Shown here piece after piece: positions 13,152-25,022 of a stretch of DNA of 64,000 bases (position 1 is the first letter of the stretch; every line of letters starts with the position of its first letter). The stretch is from positions 114,330,001-114,394,000 of the forward strand of contig NC_045696.1 of NCBI RefSeq assembly GCF_009834535.1, in the 5' to 3' direction. This stretch comes from Camelus ferus (taxonomy: Eukaryota). The translations under genes and the position numbers were made by a program. Under the pieces are notes generated by a model. The model worked only from the letters and a program-made list of their open reading frames with translations. It was not told the origin of the DNA and ran no database searches.

Positions 13152-13500
13152 TGTAGGTAGCTGTGCTCAGCCTGGGTACCACCACCACCAGTCAACTCCT
13201 CTAGGTCGAAGGACCATCTCCACCAGGCTTCGAGACTCTGCTTTGTCTGAATGCATGGAGAGTCAGAAGTACCTGGGGATTTAGGCATCCCAAAGGCAGT
13301 CCTTAACCAAGCCCTTAACCAACTCCAGCTCCCTCGCCCCCATGGGGAGCAGCTCTGAGTGTGACCATGTGGTCTCCAAGCACCCTGCGGAGTTAAGCCA
13401 CAGGTACCCTCTGTGGAGCTTGGCTTGTTGTTGGACCCCTTTCCTCCTCCCCTTTTCAGCACCACCTCCCCCTCCACCCCTGCCCCACCAGCCTGGTCCG
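13152..13500 (+). mobile_element. ERVL LTR16-like fragment
   Basis: tgtagg start, then GC-rich body resembling the other LTR16-like copies. Confidence 0.45.
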
Positions 13501-14183
13501 GTTCAAATAGTGGTTCGCTCTCCTTTAGTATGTTTAATATATTGCTTATTTACTACAGTCAGTACATATTTGTGGCAGACTGGAAGAAAAATATATTTTA
13601 CATTTAATATTGTTTATAATTACAAGTACTACATAGAAAACATTCCCACTAATGAGTTCATTAAGAGTTCAATAATTCAGTAATTGGTGTTTGAAATGTT
13701 TGCATTCTGCAGAGATCCTTGGTGTGCTATTATACAGGTGTCTAAGGATTTTAGTGATATTTAGGGAAGTGTGCTGGGGATTTTGGATGAGCCAGGAACA
13801 CATCTTTACTTTTCCATTTAAAGTAATGGGATCGAGTCTCCCCGCTGAAAATTCACTGCCTAATTCACTTCCAGGAATAGATTAGATTTGAATAAACCAT
13901 GTTGCAGAAATATCCCTGGGTTGCAGTGAGCCTGAACTGATTAACCCATGGTCATCTGAAGTTCTGTGAGGCTGTTAATAGCCACCAAGTAAAATCACGC
14001 TAGTCAGTGTGTCTGGTTTTTCTTTGAAATACCCTCAATCACAAAGCAACTTATGGTCAGAGGGAAAATGTGGGATATAAGTTCTTGAGATAGAACTAAG
14101 GTTGTGGGTTTTTTAAATGTTTGTCCTTCCTGTGAAGGTCCCTTCAAGGTGAGGGCAGCAGTGGGTGTTGGGCTCATTTATAT

Positions 14184-14649
14184 TGCAGGGACAGAGAACT
14201 TCTAGGTTCTTTGGCTGGATTAATAATTAAGTGGGCATAGACTGATTACCAGGAGAAAAACAAATTTCGTATGCACAGTAGTCCCATGAAAATATGAGCA
14301 TCAAAGGCCGTCAGACAATGAGGTTTATGTGCCACCCAGAGCTAAGGAGAAGGGGACACGGGTCGGGGGCTTCAAAGGGGAGAATGAAAGTTCAAAGGAA
14401 GACGAGAAAAGCAGATGTCTGGTAAACAAGGGTTTGCCAGGCCAGGCTGATAAGTGTTTCTGAAATAAAAAGTTATAGCTGGTAATAGCTCTCTTCCTGG
14501 TACAGGCCCCCTTATCTCAATTCCTTTAGGCAGTGAAGGGAGAGGTTAAAAAGTTTTCCTCGTGTCCGCTGGGTCTTCATTAACTTCGACTCAACACAGC
14601 CTACGTGCCAAGCGGCACGTTCAGGGGTGGCTTATTTTGCTCCCCTTCA
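14184..14649 (-). mobile_element. ERV1-type solo LTR, MER34/MER39-like
   Basis: Minus strand begins tgaaggggagcaaaataagccacccc; TG..CA termini; perfect 4-bp TSD atat (14180-14183, 14650-14653). Confidence 0.85.
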
Positions 14650-14725
14650 ATATATGCAAAGAAATGTGGACAAGGTCAAGGTCAGACTATAGAGAGTTTC
14701 CTCACCAACAGTCTCAAGTTCTGCC

Positions 14726-15185
14726 TGTTGACTTAAAGAAAAATATACAACATAAGGGTTGTGAATTTAAGTTTTATTCAGGGTGTTTTATAGCACGGGA
14801 GACTGCTCAGAGGAGCTTCTCCAAAGACCTAGGGGAGGACACAGTACACATGCACATTTTTGGTTAGGGAATACCTGTAGCCAAGCACACATTTTGGTAA
14901 AAGACTATTAGTCATTACAAAGCACAGGCATTTCAAGTTAATGATTTTAGTGTTTTTCTATGTATAGGAAGATGTAAGTACCTGGGGTCATAGAATTCTT
15001 CCTGAGATGTGCATCTTGACTACCTAAGGGGCCAGTTTATCCAAAGCACAGAATGCCTCAGCCTGTGTTTTCCTCCCGAATTCCCCTCCAGGAGCACTGT
15101 TAATGGGTAGCTGCAGTGGGCTGTGACTTAACCCTTTGTGTAAACTGGATGATGAGTTATACTCTTTGTTCTGTTTTCATTCACA
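14726..15185 (-). mobile_element. ERV1-type solo LTR, MER41-like
   Basis: tgttgacttaaa..ttcaca termini, paralogous to 158-623, TSD tgcc/cacc, minus-strand AATAAA near 14772. Confidence 0.85.
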
Positions 15186-15609
15186 CACCTAAGTCAGAAG
15201 TGGGGTCTCCCCTCGTGCACACCTCTTAACACAGGGTGCCTAAAATCCCCACCTGCTGTCTGGAGGGCTTACAAGAATCTGGTACCCTTGGTTGCCAGGT
15301 TGACTCCAGGTGGTGGAAAGGGAGTGTTTTGCTGGAGGCCAGGCTGACCTTGGAAAACCCTCCACCCCGATCTCAGGTCCTCTGTAACAGAAACTCCTCT
15401 TCTTCCCACTTCAAGAGTTCCTATTCTTCTTATAGCCCTTCCCTCATCTTCTTGTTCCTTCTCCCCAGCCTCAGCCTTTCATCTCACTGAGGAGAAAACC
15501 TTGCTCTAAAGCTAGGCCTTTGTTTTGCTCTAGGATGGGCAGTTTCTACTAAATTTTTGTTTTGGTCTCTGTGTGAGCTCAGGGAGAGAATATGGGCCAA
15601 GGGCACCGA

Positions 15610-15765
15610 TGGCTGCACATTAGAATCACCTAAATTTTTTTGGACACCTGGACCCCATCACCTGGCCAATTAAATCAGAATGCCAGTGGGTGGAACCCAG
15701 AAATCAGTTTTAGATGAACCTCCCAAGATGTTGTTTCTGTACTGCCAGCGTTGGGAACCACTGCC
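15610..15765. mobile_element. MER5A-like hAT MITE
   Basis: ggctgcacattagaatcacct..aattaaatcagaat..ttgggaaccactg. Confidence 0.75.
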
Positions 15766-15775
15766 CTGGGGACCT

Positions 15776-15799
15776 GAGAGAGAGAGAGAGAGAGAGAGA
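15776..15799. repeat. (GA)n microsatellite
   Basis: Direct observation. Confidence 0.95.
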
Positions 15800-17820
15800 A
15801 TAAAGAGAGGAAACAATAAGGAAATCACTGAGATCGATACTCTGAGACCTGGCCCTGTTACAGAGGTCTCTGTAGTTCTTCCCACAGGAGGGAGTTCTTC
15901 TATTCCTGGTTTTGTGAGAAAGACACTGAAGTCCAAACAAGAGTTGCTACTATAGAGATTGTAAGGGTCAGATTTTAAATAGCACCTGAAGTATGTACTT
16001 ACCGTGAAGCCTAGGTTTTGGTAATGGGCAACTCTAAGACCTTGCTTCCTTTAAAGCCAGAATTAATGAGCCTGCAGCATTTGTAGCTCTGACCCTTGTA
16101 CTAGAGATTCTTGGGATATAAGGACTGATTTTTTTTGAGGGGTCTCCACACTTCTCTTGACGAGGCCAAAGAAGCTTGGGGAAATTTCTCCCGATGCTCA
16201 GGTTCAATGTTGGGCAATTGGAAGCTGTGACCTTGCAGTATTCTGTGCACTTCACAACACAACCAAAAACAAGATGCTGAATGGCAGGATCCCAAAGTTC
16301 GACAGCCCCCTGCTACGTACTGATAGTGTCGAGGACATTCCCAGAGACAGCTGAAGGTCACTTAGGGGAGGGGTGTGAACAGTAGCCAATTTCTGGTGTT
16401 TAGGAAAGGACTTTGGTATAAAAGTTTGGTAAACGAAAGAAACTGTGACCTTATTTTACAGTCGTAGGCTGAGGAGGCCAGGGACATATTGGTTATGTAA
16501 CATCATTGGGTTCTGATTGGAGCATTTTCTTTCCTATCTAAAGTGTGACTCACATTTCTTTCCTTTATTGGGTCCTGTGTATTTTGAAATGCAAAAGGAA
16601 AACCTTTCAGCATGGGGTCATTCAGATGGCGCTAGAAATCAACATACGTGTACAATATTTGCAAAAAAAAAAAAAAAGATCTGTAAATTGCATTTAGGCA
16701 TTTTTATTTGCTTAGTAGAAAATTAAATCCAGGATGCACAAATTGACTGCACCCTGCTTGCAATAAGCAGATTTCTCTTTTTTAAACACAGAAGCAGTAA
16801 TAGGCAATGTGGCAATAAAGAAGTCCCAGAGTATCTCTTTTTGCATACTTATCAGTAAGTATTAAAAGCCAAAATCAAAACAAAACTTGAAATATTCACA
16901 GTGAAACAATGCTTTGAGTTAAGAGAGTCACAATTTTCACATCAGCATGAAAGTTATTGGATCACTTGCTACCAAACTCCATGCCCTGTTGTCTTTGAAG
17001 GTTGAAGCTCAAGTTCACAGAAGGCTACAGACTTAGTTAAAGCCTTCAGGTCACCTTGTTCCCAAGTCACGACCTTTTATTATTGATCTTGGACGCAGGT
17101 TGGATAAAGGACACATTTTCATGATTTGGTAACAAGTGTTTAATTCAAAATGATAGATGTTTTTCTCATCCCTGTTTCCTCTCTGGGTTAGACTGGGCTT
17201 GAGCAAGTTGATAGACAAATAAATCAAATGCTCTGGGGTTTCCAGTCATTTGTGGTAATAAATGAGTTAGGCAAAAACCACAGTCAAAGGTAAGATGACT
17301 TATCTCATGTCAGGATGCTATAAATTACTAAGTGCACAGATCCAGAGTTCTTCTGCCAGCGATAGTTCCCTGGTCTTATTTAGCCTTCTCGGACCCCTGT
17401 CTTTCCTCCCTGCTGTGGAGGCCACATTTTAATAACTGGCCTCCACTTTAATAACACAATGTCTTCTCACTTGTATCATAGTAACAACCACAACAACAGA
17501 CTCCAGGCTTCATTGCCTTTTTTCTTTACACAGACCCTTTTTGATCAATCTTATTTCTCTTGCTAAACTGTTTTTAACAAAAATATCCTGGCCAGAGGAG
17601 GAAGAGAGACATATACTTCAAAACTTCTTTCTGAGCCTCCTTTTTCATCTCAGCAATTTTAAAGGAGGCTGGAAAATTTTCTCAGCAGACCTGGGATTGG
17701 AAACACTTCTTGGTTTACCCGCCTCTGTTTCACAGCTGCGGCAAACTTCCTGTTGGTTTTCTTGACTCCTGGTGCATTTCTTTCTCGGCCATAGAAGACC
17801 TTGGTATAAATAAATCCTTT

Positions 17821-18796
17821 ATGTAAAATGTTTTTAAATTAAAAAAAAAATTTAAATTTTACTATAGTTGATTTACAATATTGTGCTAGTTTCGGTGAAC
17901 AGCTTCAGATTCTTTTCCATTATAAGTTATTACAAGATACTGAATATAGTTCCCTGTGCTGTACAGAGGGTCCTTGTTCTTTATCTATTTTATATATAGT
18001 GGTATGTATTTGTTAATCTCAAACTCCTAATTTATCCTTCTCCCTCCCCTTTCCCCTCTGGTAACCATAAGTTTTTTTTCTATGTCTGAGTCTGTTTTGT
18101 AAGTAAGTTGATTTGTATTAATTTTTAGATTCCACATATAAGTGATATCATGTGATACTTGTCTTTCTCTGTCTGACTTACTTCACTTATTATGATAATC
18201 ACTAGGTCCATCCATGTTGCTGCAAATGGCATTGTTTCAATCTTTTTATGGCTAAATAGTATTCCATTGTGTATCTATACCACATCTTCTTTATCTAGTC
18301 ATGTGTTGATAGACATTTAGTTTGTTTCCATGTCTTGGATATTGTGAATCGTGCTGCTATGAATATTGGGGTGCATGTATCTTTCCGAATTAGAATTTTC
18401 ATTTCTTCCAGCTGTATGCACAGGAGTGGCTTAATTTCCAAAATATACAGACAGCTCACACAATGCAATATTAAAAAAACTAACAACCCAATCAAAAAAT
18501 GGGCAGAAGGCCTAACTAGACGTTTCTCCAAAGACATACAGATGGCCAAAAGGCACATAAAAAGCTGCTCAACATCACTAATTATTACAGAAATGCAAAT
18601 CAAAACTACAATCACCTCACACCAGTCAGAACGGCCATCATCAAAAATTCTACAAATAAATGCTGGAGAGGGTGTGGAGAAAAGGGAACCCTCCCACACT
18701 GTTGGTGGGAATGTAAATTGGTGGAGCCTGGAAAACAGTCTGGAAGTTCCTTAAAAAATTAAAAACAGAGCTGCCATATGGTCCACCAATCCCACT
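17821..18796 (-). mobile_element. 5'-inverted (twin-primed) L1: non-inverted 3' part ~17821-18429, inverted part ~18428-18796
   Basis: Strand switch at caggagtgg|cttaatttcc; TSD taaatccttt at 17811-17820 and 18800-18809; ORF2 C-terminal peptides on both strands. Confidence 0.9.
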
Positions 18797-19139
18797 GACT
18801 AAATCCTTTTTTAAAATCCCACAGGAAGATTCTTTGGGGGAAGGAATCTTAGGGCATGGGGACATCCCAGGGAGAAGGAACTTATGATTGCAAACATAGT
18901 AAGAGCCTTGCCTTCTTCTTAATCAGCAGCCCCATTTGGGCGATATGAGTAATCTACTGTCATCCTCTCCAGAGGATGTGTCACAGCCCTCAGATGTCAC
19001 CAGGATGCTGTATTCTGGTGGCACTTATTCTGTCATAGATATTGATATTGATTGATTGACAATGACATAGATACTCAGATTGAAGGGTTTTGGGGTTAGA
19101 AGGTGTTCATTTGGGAATGAAAACAGGAAGAATACTCTT

Positions 19140-19463
19140 CTTTTAATTTTACTGAGTGATAGTCATTTTACAATGTTGTGTCAATTTCTGGTCTACCGCA
19201 CAATTTTTCAGTCAAACATGAATATACATATATTCGTTTTCACATTCTTCTTCACCATGAGCTACCACAGGATCTTGTATATATTTCCTTATGCTATACA
19301 GTATAAACTTGTTTATCTATTTTATATATATCTGTAAGTATCTACAAATTTCAAACTCCCAGTCTGTCCCTTCCCACCCCCTTCCCCCTGGCAACCACAA
19401 GTTAGTATTCTATGTCTATGAGTCTGTTTCTGTTATGTATTTAAGTTCATTTGTCTTCTTCTT
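19140..19463 (-). mobile_element. Young L1 3' end
   Basis: Same family as 10845; TSD core aagaatact at 19128 and 19464. Confidence 0.85.
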
Positions 19464-19674
19464 AAGAATACTATTAAAGCATGATGAAGGATGATTCTGG
19501 CAGAATTTGGGATATCCCTACTGAGTATTAAGGAAAAACCAAGGGAAACAAATATGAGCACTTGTTAAAATAAGAGAGGAGTGAGTTGCACACTGAACAA
19601 GTGGGTAGTGCAAGAAAGATTGCTGTCTGTAGGACAGTAAGCTTGTGTGTTGACATTGATGGAACCGGTGCTAT

Positions 19675-20140
19675 TTAGCCATCTCCCAAAAGGTAGCATA
19701 TGAGACAAGGACTTATGGAGGTTGTTTATTTTGGGAAGTGATCCCAAAGAATTGAAGCATGGGGCATGGAAGGACAAAACAGAGAAGTAAAGCCAAACCA
19801 AGGGTTGGTGATTAAAGTGGTGACTGCTGAGGGCATCCTGAACTCAACTCTATTAAGTCTCAATAGGTCTGGGGTTGGGCCAGAGAATTTGCATTTCTAG
19901 AACATTCTAACGTGATGCTGAGGCTGCTGGTCCAGGGGCCATGCTTTGAGAACTGCTGCCCTAAGGGTGTTAACTTCCCTGCATTTTTGAGTTTCATTGG
20001 CAGCCTCTGGCAGGGCTCCAACCTAGCTAAACCTGAAAGAGTGCTGTCAGGTTCCCTAGCCACAGTGGGTCGCTACAGGAATGACCTAAGCAAAATGGTG
20101 AGATATGAAAATATGTGTCAGGGCATAAAGGAGGTGTGGC
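19675..20140 (-). mobile_element. ERVL LTR16-like element with an internal MER5A-like piece (~19860-19960)
   Basis: tgagacaaggactt..gtttattttgggaagtgatccc; MER5A motif atttgcatttcta..ctttgagaactgctg. Confidence 0.6.
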
Positions 20141-20597
20141 TCTTTTTAAGGTGTTTATTTATTTTGTACTACTAGTAATTTATGGTATGCTACATTAGGG
20201 AGGAAAATGGTATTTGTCCCAGCTATCTATAGGCCATAGGGAAATTTGCAGAGTAACTTAATTTTCAAACCAGAGATACTGCTTCTTCCTTGGCACGTTC
20301 CACTGTGTTGTGAATGGCCTTTCTGGCACTGTGTGAGGATTTGTACGTCTGTGTCTGCAGCTACAGAGATCTGGATAGCCTATTAGATGGTGTGAGGGGC
20401 CGCCATGATGGTCATTGGGCCATTTGCCAATCCAGGCTCACGCTGTGGACTCTGAGAAAATCCCTCAGGTGAGTAAGTCTAGAGCCAGGCAGTATCACAG
20501 GCCGCGCTACAGCTGACATCTAACTTTCTATCTTAAGGTTAGTCTGTAAAAATCTTAGAGTTCAGAGAGGTAGTTCTATTATCCATTCTATTTGCTG

Positions 20598-20792
20598 TCA
20601 GTGATTTCCAGACTTTACTGTGCCAGAAACATCATCTGGAGAACTTGTCAAGGAAGCAAATTCTCAGTCTGCCCCCATTCCCTGTCGTTTTCATTCAGCA
20701 GGTTCGAGCTGGTGCACAAGAATCCACATTTCTAAAAAGGTTCCTTGGAAATGTTGGTGCAGCTGCTCTAAGAATCACCTTTTGGAAAACAC
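20598..20792. mobile_element. MER5A-like MITE
   Basis: cagtgatttccagacttt..catctggagaacttgt..catttctaaaaggttcc..ttggaaaacact. Confidence 0.7.
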
Positions 20793-20949
20793 TTAGTGTT
20801 CCTGGCAGCTGCCTTAGAAGCAGCGTGGGTCCCCTGAATGGAACTGAAGGCTTTGAATTTAGAACTAGTTTGGAATGTAACAATGTACTTTCTGGTATTT
20901 GCATCACAATCTGGGGGGACCCTGATTTATTTTTCCATAAAAGAACTCA

Positions 20950-21690
20950 GAAAACCAAAACAAAAATGAACTTGCTATATGTAATAAATAAAGAGCCTTT
21001 ACGTTTAAATAAGGAAAAGATGACCACCTTATCAGGAAAGTGGGCAAAGGTTATGAGCAAGTATTTCATCTGAGCAAAATAATTCATAAAATGTGAAATT
21101 TAAAGAGCCAATCAACATATGGAAACTTTTTAGCTTCTCTGGAAATAAAAGAATGAAACAGCCTTGAAACACCATATTCTAAATTTCAAATTTACAAGGG
21201 AAAACACTTGACTACCCACTTAGTGCAAAAAGGGTGGGAAAAAGAAGGCATTCTTATGCGTGTGAATTAGTGCAATCTTTCTTGGGAGCAATATGGCCCT
21301 TTGTATCCCCAAATATTAAAAGGTACACATCTTTCAACCTAGCAATTCTTCTTTTAGGAGTGTGTTGTAAGGAAATAACTGGAGATTCATAAACAGATTT
21401 ATTTACATACATAATATTGCAGTGTTGTGCATAATGGTGAAACATTGGCAATACTCTGAAGGTCCAACAACGTGAAGAACTGGTGTATTCATAGGTAGTT
21501 TACTTTGGGAAAAGTTCATGATCTATTAGGTGAAAAAAGTGGTTTATAATATAGTTGTGTAGTATTATCCTAATTATCTAAATATACCAACTATTGATAG
21601 TGTTTGTCTCTGGGTACTAGGGATTATGGGTGATTTAAATTTTCTTCATTAGGCTTTTATGTATACTGTATTTTTTCTAAATTCACTTTC
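20950..21690 (+). mobile_element. Old L1ME-like 3' fragment
   Basis: aagtgggcaaagg..caacctagcaattcttcttttagga..ttatgggtgattt. Confidence 0.7.
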
Positions 21691-21725
21691 TAATTACTAA
21701 GAATGGATTTAAAATGGAAAAATGA

Positions 21726-21863
21726 GGGGGAAGGGTATAGCTCAAGTGTTAGAGCGCACGCTCAACACCCAAGAGGTCCCGGGTTCAATCCCAGGTACCT
21801 CCTCCAAGCAGAAATCAATGAAGAAACCTAATTACCTCCCCCTCATAAAATAATCAATACAAG
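21726..21863 (+). mobile_element. tRNA-Ala-derived SINE, camelid Vic-1-like
   Basis: A box tagctcaagtgtt, B box ggttcaatccc, tail aaacctaattacctccccc; perfect 16-bp TSD taaaatggaaaaatga (21710-21725, 21864-21879). Confidence 0.9.
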
Positions 21864-21929
21864 TAAAATGGAAAAATGATACTTTTTTAGTTGTGTGGTA
21901 TTTTCAGTAACATTTCTATTTGAATTTCT

Positions 21930-22855
21930 TTTCTGTTCTCTGTGAATGCTCTCCCTGGGTGACCTCAGCCAGTGTCAGCTTTGATCCCATCTTTACCAAT
22001 GATGCTCCCAGACCACACTTGCACATGATCTTCTCCTCTGTCCCCAGACCTGTGTGTCTGGCCGTTTGTTTGACTTTCCACCTGAGAGCGAAGTTCCTCT
22101 TTCCCAGACCTCCCACGTCAGGAGACAGCACTTCCATCCTTCCAGGAGCTCACGCCTGGAACTTCGGAAGGATCTCTCCTTCCACTTCCCACACAGGACC
22201 TGCCAGCAACTTACATTGGCTTTAACTTTAAAATAGCTCCAGACTCTGACCCTTTCACTAACTCCATTGTTATCATCTGGAATGAAGTGCCTTCTTCTCT
22301 CAGCTGCATCACCTTCCTAGTCACCTGATTGGTCCCTCTCATTCCACCTTTTTCAGGCTCAGTGCAACCACCAGAGTGGTCCTGTTAAAGCATAAGACAG
22401 ATAGCATCTTTCCTCTGCTCACATCCCTGCCCAGCTGTGCTTGGAATAAGAGCCAAGGTCCTTAGATGGCCAACAGAGCCCTGTAGGAACTGGTCACTGC
22501 ACTCATCTCCTTTGGTCTCACCTCCTATTGCTCTCCCCGTTGTTTTACTGGTCCTTGAACAGGCCAAGCAAGTGTCCTCAGGGCCTTTGTCCTGGCTGTT
22601 CCCTCTGCCTGGAAAGCACTTACTCAGGACATCTGCTCTGCTGACCTCAGTGAGCCTCACCTCAGTGAACCAGTAAGTTCTCTGCTTCATGCCTTCTGTT
22701 CCTCTTGCACAACTTCCCTTTCTTTAAGCACTTGCTTATCCTTTAGTGACTGACGTTTATCTTCTCTTCCCTGTCCCCTGAGTGTAAAACCCATGAGGGC
22801 ATACATTTTAATCTATTTTATTTTCTTTTACATCCCAGGACCTGGAATGAATCCC
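21930..22855 (+). mobile_element. L2 3' region
   Basis: Pyrimidine-rich L2 motifs: cagggcctttg..gctgttccctctgcctggaa, tgtaaaacccatgagggca. Confidence 0.8.
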
Positions 22856-23700
22856 TGACTAGTTTCTTCTTACCTGACACTTAGGTAAGAGAAAACAATT
22901 AAATAGGAAACACCAACTCCTCCTTCCCCCATTTCTCTTTTTTTTTTTGATAAAAATACCATTTTTACCACCAAATGTATTAAAAACACACACAAATGAC
23001 ATAATATATACTTAGCTGGTAAAGTCTGCTGTGAGAGCCCGTGATTCCTGACACACGTGTACCCAGAGCAGAGACGTCCTCACTCACTCGTCGTGATTTC
23101 CAGTAAGAACACAGACGTGAAAGTGAGGAGTCCTCACCCCGCTGACCTACTGGGTTTTAAGCAGAGGGTGTCAGGGATAACAGTCAATATTTAGAAAGAT
23201 AAAATCTAATAGATAACAAATAACAAAAATTTGTCATTAACTAGATTTGGATGAATCTCTTTATATGAACCTGGGAACTTAAACTTCAGGGTTGTTTAGG
23301 TCACTGATTCTGAAATGGGTGTATCTCCAAAGCAGGCTGGCCTCTGCATTTCTTGCTTTATTACAGAAACTTCTCTGTCATATAATAAGAAAAGGGTGTG
23401 CACTCTTTGATCTTCCTTCCCACTGTGGTCCATCCAGAGCTCTTTGAAATGAACACCCTTGGCAGCAGATCTGTGACCCTTGACCCTAAAAACAAGTTGG
23501 ACTGACTGACTGTGTGACTGACAGAAACGTTTGAGCTATTGTCATAACGTGTTCCATCAGTGGAGACTAGTTTGAATGTTCTCTCCTACAATTGTTTCAG
23601 CTGGTTTAGTTTTTGTCTATTGTGAAACTACGAAGCAATTTAAATATTTTGAGTTCTCAGTCTGAAAAATAAGTACTGATGGCGACATTCACTAAATGAA

Positions 23701-24359
23701 TGTGATGGTTAGTCTTATGTTTCAACTTGGCGAGGCCACAGGGTACCCAGATAGTTGCTCAAACACTATTCGGGTATTTCTGTGAGGGTGTTTTCGGATG
23801 AGACTAACATTTGAGTTGGTAGATTGAATACAACAGGTTGCCCTCCTTAATGTGGGTGGGTCTCATCCAATCAGTTGAAGACCTGATTACACGTAAGGCT
23901 GACCCTCCTCTGAGTAAGAGAGGATTCTTCCTGCTGGATGGCCTTTGAGCTGGGGTTTTGATTTTATCCTGCCTTTAGTTTTGAACTAAAACATCAGCTC
24001 TTCCTGGATCTGGAGCCTGACATCCTTCAGACAAGAACTATACTGTCGGTTCTCCTGGGTCTCCAGCTTCCCCACTCACCCTGTAGACCTTGGGACCTGC
24101 CAGCTTCTGTAACATAATCATGAGAGCCTATTCCTTATCTCTATCTGCATCTCCATCTCCATCCCCATCTCCACAACTCCATCCTTATCTCCATCTCTAT
24201 CTTCATCTCCACATCTCCATCTCTATCTCCATTCCTATCTCCAGTCCCATCCCCACCTCCTCCTCCATCCCCATCTCTATCTCTACCTTTATCTTTATCT
24301 CTATCTGTCTCTACATATATCCCATCACTCCTGTTTCTCTGGAGAACCCTGACCAATAT
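23701..24359 (+). mobile_element. MLT2-like ERVL LTR with internal (TCCATC/TCTATC)n low-complexity tract at ~24138-24320
   Basis: Starts tgtgatggttagtcttatgtttcaacttgg, ends ctgtttctctggagaaccctgaccaata. Confidence 0.9.
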
Positions 24360-24447
24360 AATGGACAATCAGAATTTCTGGAATGGTTTAGGGTAGATAA
24401 AAATAATTCTTCTTGGGTAAAGTACCAGTGATGAGGACAATACATAG

Positions 24448-24620
24448 CTTATATTATCATTAAATATGAATATACTGTTAATATTATACATCAATTATAT
24501 TATATATTTATATTGTAATATTTTATATATAATATAATAACACTTGTATACTATATATTATGTATAATATAACATAATTCTATATTATATAATATAATGA
24601 TGTATATTCATGTACATTAT
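24448..24620. repeat. AT-rich low-complexity tract
   Basis: Degenerate (TA/TAA)n. Confidence 0.85.
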
Positions 24621-25022
24621 TAGCACCTCACCCATTCCTCTTCGGCACCACCACAGGGCTTCCTCTGGCTGTTGGATGAGAAGGCACTTGGCCTCACTGG
24701 GCAGGCTGGACTACTAGCGTTTTAACACCCTCAGGCGTTGTCCTTAACCTGTGGCAAAAGGAGTTGATGGGTAAGTACCTCAGCTTCCTCCCCTCTGGTG
24801 GAATGACCCTGAGGCATGTCCCCCAGAGGTTCCCAGCAGGACTGAGCCCTGGCTGCCTGCAGGGGTAACCTCAATGAAACTTGATCAGTTTGCTTTCTCT
24901 CTTTCTGCATCTTACCTCCTGGCTTCCCTCTTGGTTATTCCTGGAGTAACCTCAAAAATAAACCATGAGCATTCAAATTCTTGTCTCAGATCTGCTTCTG
25001 AGGGAACTTCTGAGCTTAAGGC
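24620..25022 (+). mobile_element. ERVL LTR16-like
   Basis: ccccagaggttcccagcaggactgagccc..aataaac..tcttgtctcagatctgcttctgagggaac. Confidence 0.75.

Noticed and set aside
21726..21805. Possible tRNA-Ala gene (also 57174-57250)
   Set aside because: Disrupted stems, SINE tail and TSDs show these are tRNA-derived SINE copies.
22868..22892. tcttacct..aggtaaga inverted repeat forming back-to-back donor motifs
   Set aside because: An 8-bp stem is expected by chance at this scale.
24090..24431. S/P/H/I-rich and G/D/R-rich ORFs
   Set aside because: Translations of a simple repeat within MLT2.
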